A stretch of 63,821 bases of DNA, filler included, from Chiloscyllium plagiosum (lineage: Eukaryota), in assembly GCF_004010195.1 (NCBI RefSeq). It is 4 parts of one record of this genome, joined end to end, with 100 filler letters (N's around TTAATTAATTAA, not from the genome) between each part and the next. Parts side by side here need not be neighbours in the genome. Positions count along the whole stretch, not along the records: positions 59,169 to 63,821 come from NC_057715.1; 3 more parts are not named here. One strand, given 5' to 3'. A program made the translations under genes and the position numbers. Below the pieces are notes generated by a model. It did no database searches, had not been told where the DNA came from, and worked only from the letters and a program-made list of their open reading frames with translations. Each line of letters opens with the position of its first letter. Position 1 is the first letter of the stretch. Positions 62,652 to 63,821 of the stretch are shown here, piece after piece.

Positions 62652-63391
62652 GAGAAATTCTGTTTTAAGGATGGGTGAGTAGATTGGACTTGTATTGATT
62701 GAGTTTTAAGAATGAGAGGAGAACTGATTGAAACATATGAGATTCATAGGGGGCTTGACAGGGTTGATATAGAGATCAGAGATTGATCAGAGCAGGGGGT
62801 CACCCTTTAAGGCAGAAAGGAGGAAGGTTTTATTTCTCTCATAGGGTGGTGAATCATTAGAATTCTTTACAGCAGAAGGCTGTCAATGTTGGATCATTAA
62901 ATATATTTAAGGCCATGATAGGTGGATTTCTAATCAGCAAGGGAATCAAGGCAGGAAAGTGATGTTGAGGATTATCAGATCATTCATTGTCTCAGTGAAT
63001 GACAGATGGACTTGATGGGTTGAATGGACTTACAGTCTGACCTATTATCTCTTCCCTCTCTACCCTCCAAAGTCCCAAACACATCTTCCAAGTGAAACAC
63101 CAATTTATTTGTACTTTTCAATTTATTGTTCTGTATATTGACTACTCACAATGTGGTGTCCTCTTTGCTGGGATGACCAAATGTAGACTAGGTAACTGCA
63201 TTTGTATTCAATCCACAAGCATAATCCAAGTTCAGCACCAGTTCAGGAAGGCAGCTCACTACCATCTCTTCAGCAGCATAGAGGGATAAGCAATAAATAT
63301 TAGCACAACCATCAACATTCATGCATGATTTTTCAAGAAATATATTTGGAATCAGCAATTAGTTAATACTGCATGAATATCATAATTTGTT

Positions 63392-63700
63392 AAAGTTAAA
63401 AATCACACAACACCAGGTTATAGTCCTACAGATTTATTTGGAAGAATAAGCTTTTGGAGTGCTGCTCTGTCGAGTAGCTAATACAGCAGGATCAAAGGAT
63501 ACAGAATTTATAGGAAAAGATCAACGTGTCATACAATTGATGCGATGTATCAAACAAATCTAGATTGCTGTTAAGTCTTTAATCACTTAGAGTGGGGTTG
63601 CGGGTTTCAATTAATTAATATGTAAAACCAGAACTTCTTTCAAGTCACATTCCCGAGATAACTTAAGGTTTTATAAAAGATAGGTAACATCTCAGCTCAG
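63392..63700 (-). mobile_element. Penelope pLTR/3' UTR (second family)
   Basis: AAAGTTAAAAATCACACAACACCAGGTTATAGTCC..CAG.TTTATTTGGAA, homologous to the reverse complement of 33660-33725. Confidence 0.7.
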
Positions 63701-63821
63701 AGCTGAAAATGTGTTGCTGGAAAAGCGCAGCAGGTCAGGCAGCATCCAGGGAACAGGAGAATCGACGTTTCGGGCATAAGCCCTTCTTCAGGAATGAGGA
63801 AAGTGTGTCCAGCAGGCTAAG
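63701..63821 (-). mobile_element. Young Penelope pLTR running off the window
   Basis: TGCTGGAAAAGCGCAGCAGGTCAGGCAGCATCC...; homologous to 16538-16620 and 11305-11345. Confidence 0.85.
63760..63795 (-). ncRNA. Minimal type-I hammerhead ribozyme motif, intact core
   Basis: Minus strand ATTC-CTGAAGA-A-GGGC TTAT GCCC-GAAA-CG-TC-GATT. Confidence 0.75.

Larger units (their letters stand above)
60655..63050 (+). mobile_element. Old CR1 3' portion interrupted by a younger CR1 and a SINE
   Basis: VAKFANDTKVGG at ~60695; resumes at ~62200-62420 and ~62655-63050 with RT C-terminus and 3' UTR. Confidence 0.75.

Overview
Repeat-dense vertebrate genomic DNA. The repeat families (HE1/V-SINE, many CR1 LINEs, shark-type Penelope elements) point to a cartilaginous fish, probably a shark; this is an inference. 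The window has five scaffold gaps. Most ORF-track entries are CR1 or Penelope fragments, their antisense frames, N-runs or a 45-bp minisatellite. The host-gene signal is missing from the ORF track: (i) an intron-free, minus-strand HEAT-repeat frame resembling Maestro/MROH proteins runs off the left edge (347 to <1); (ii) a decayed MROH-like C-terminus with 3' polyA signals lies at about 15.65-15.99 kb; (iii) both lie downstream of paralogous ~0.9-kb blocks (918-1850 and 17272-18266) that carry a decayed reading frame for an unrecognised protein. Together these suggest a tandem birth-and-death MROH-like cluster. Also present: a scrambled, partly inverted Gmr1-type Gypsy element (3.4-9.1 kb), several Penelope-like elements whose pseudo-LTRs carry minimal hammerhead-ribozyme motifs (two with intact cores, 16585-16620 and 63760-63795), nested SINE/LINE/PLE insertions with target-site duplications, and repeat-poor AT-rich stretches with possible enhancer-like elements (about 32.5-33.2 kb and 47.7-48.1 kb). 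All homology calls are by eye; no searches were run.
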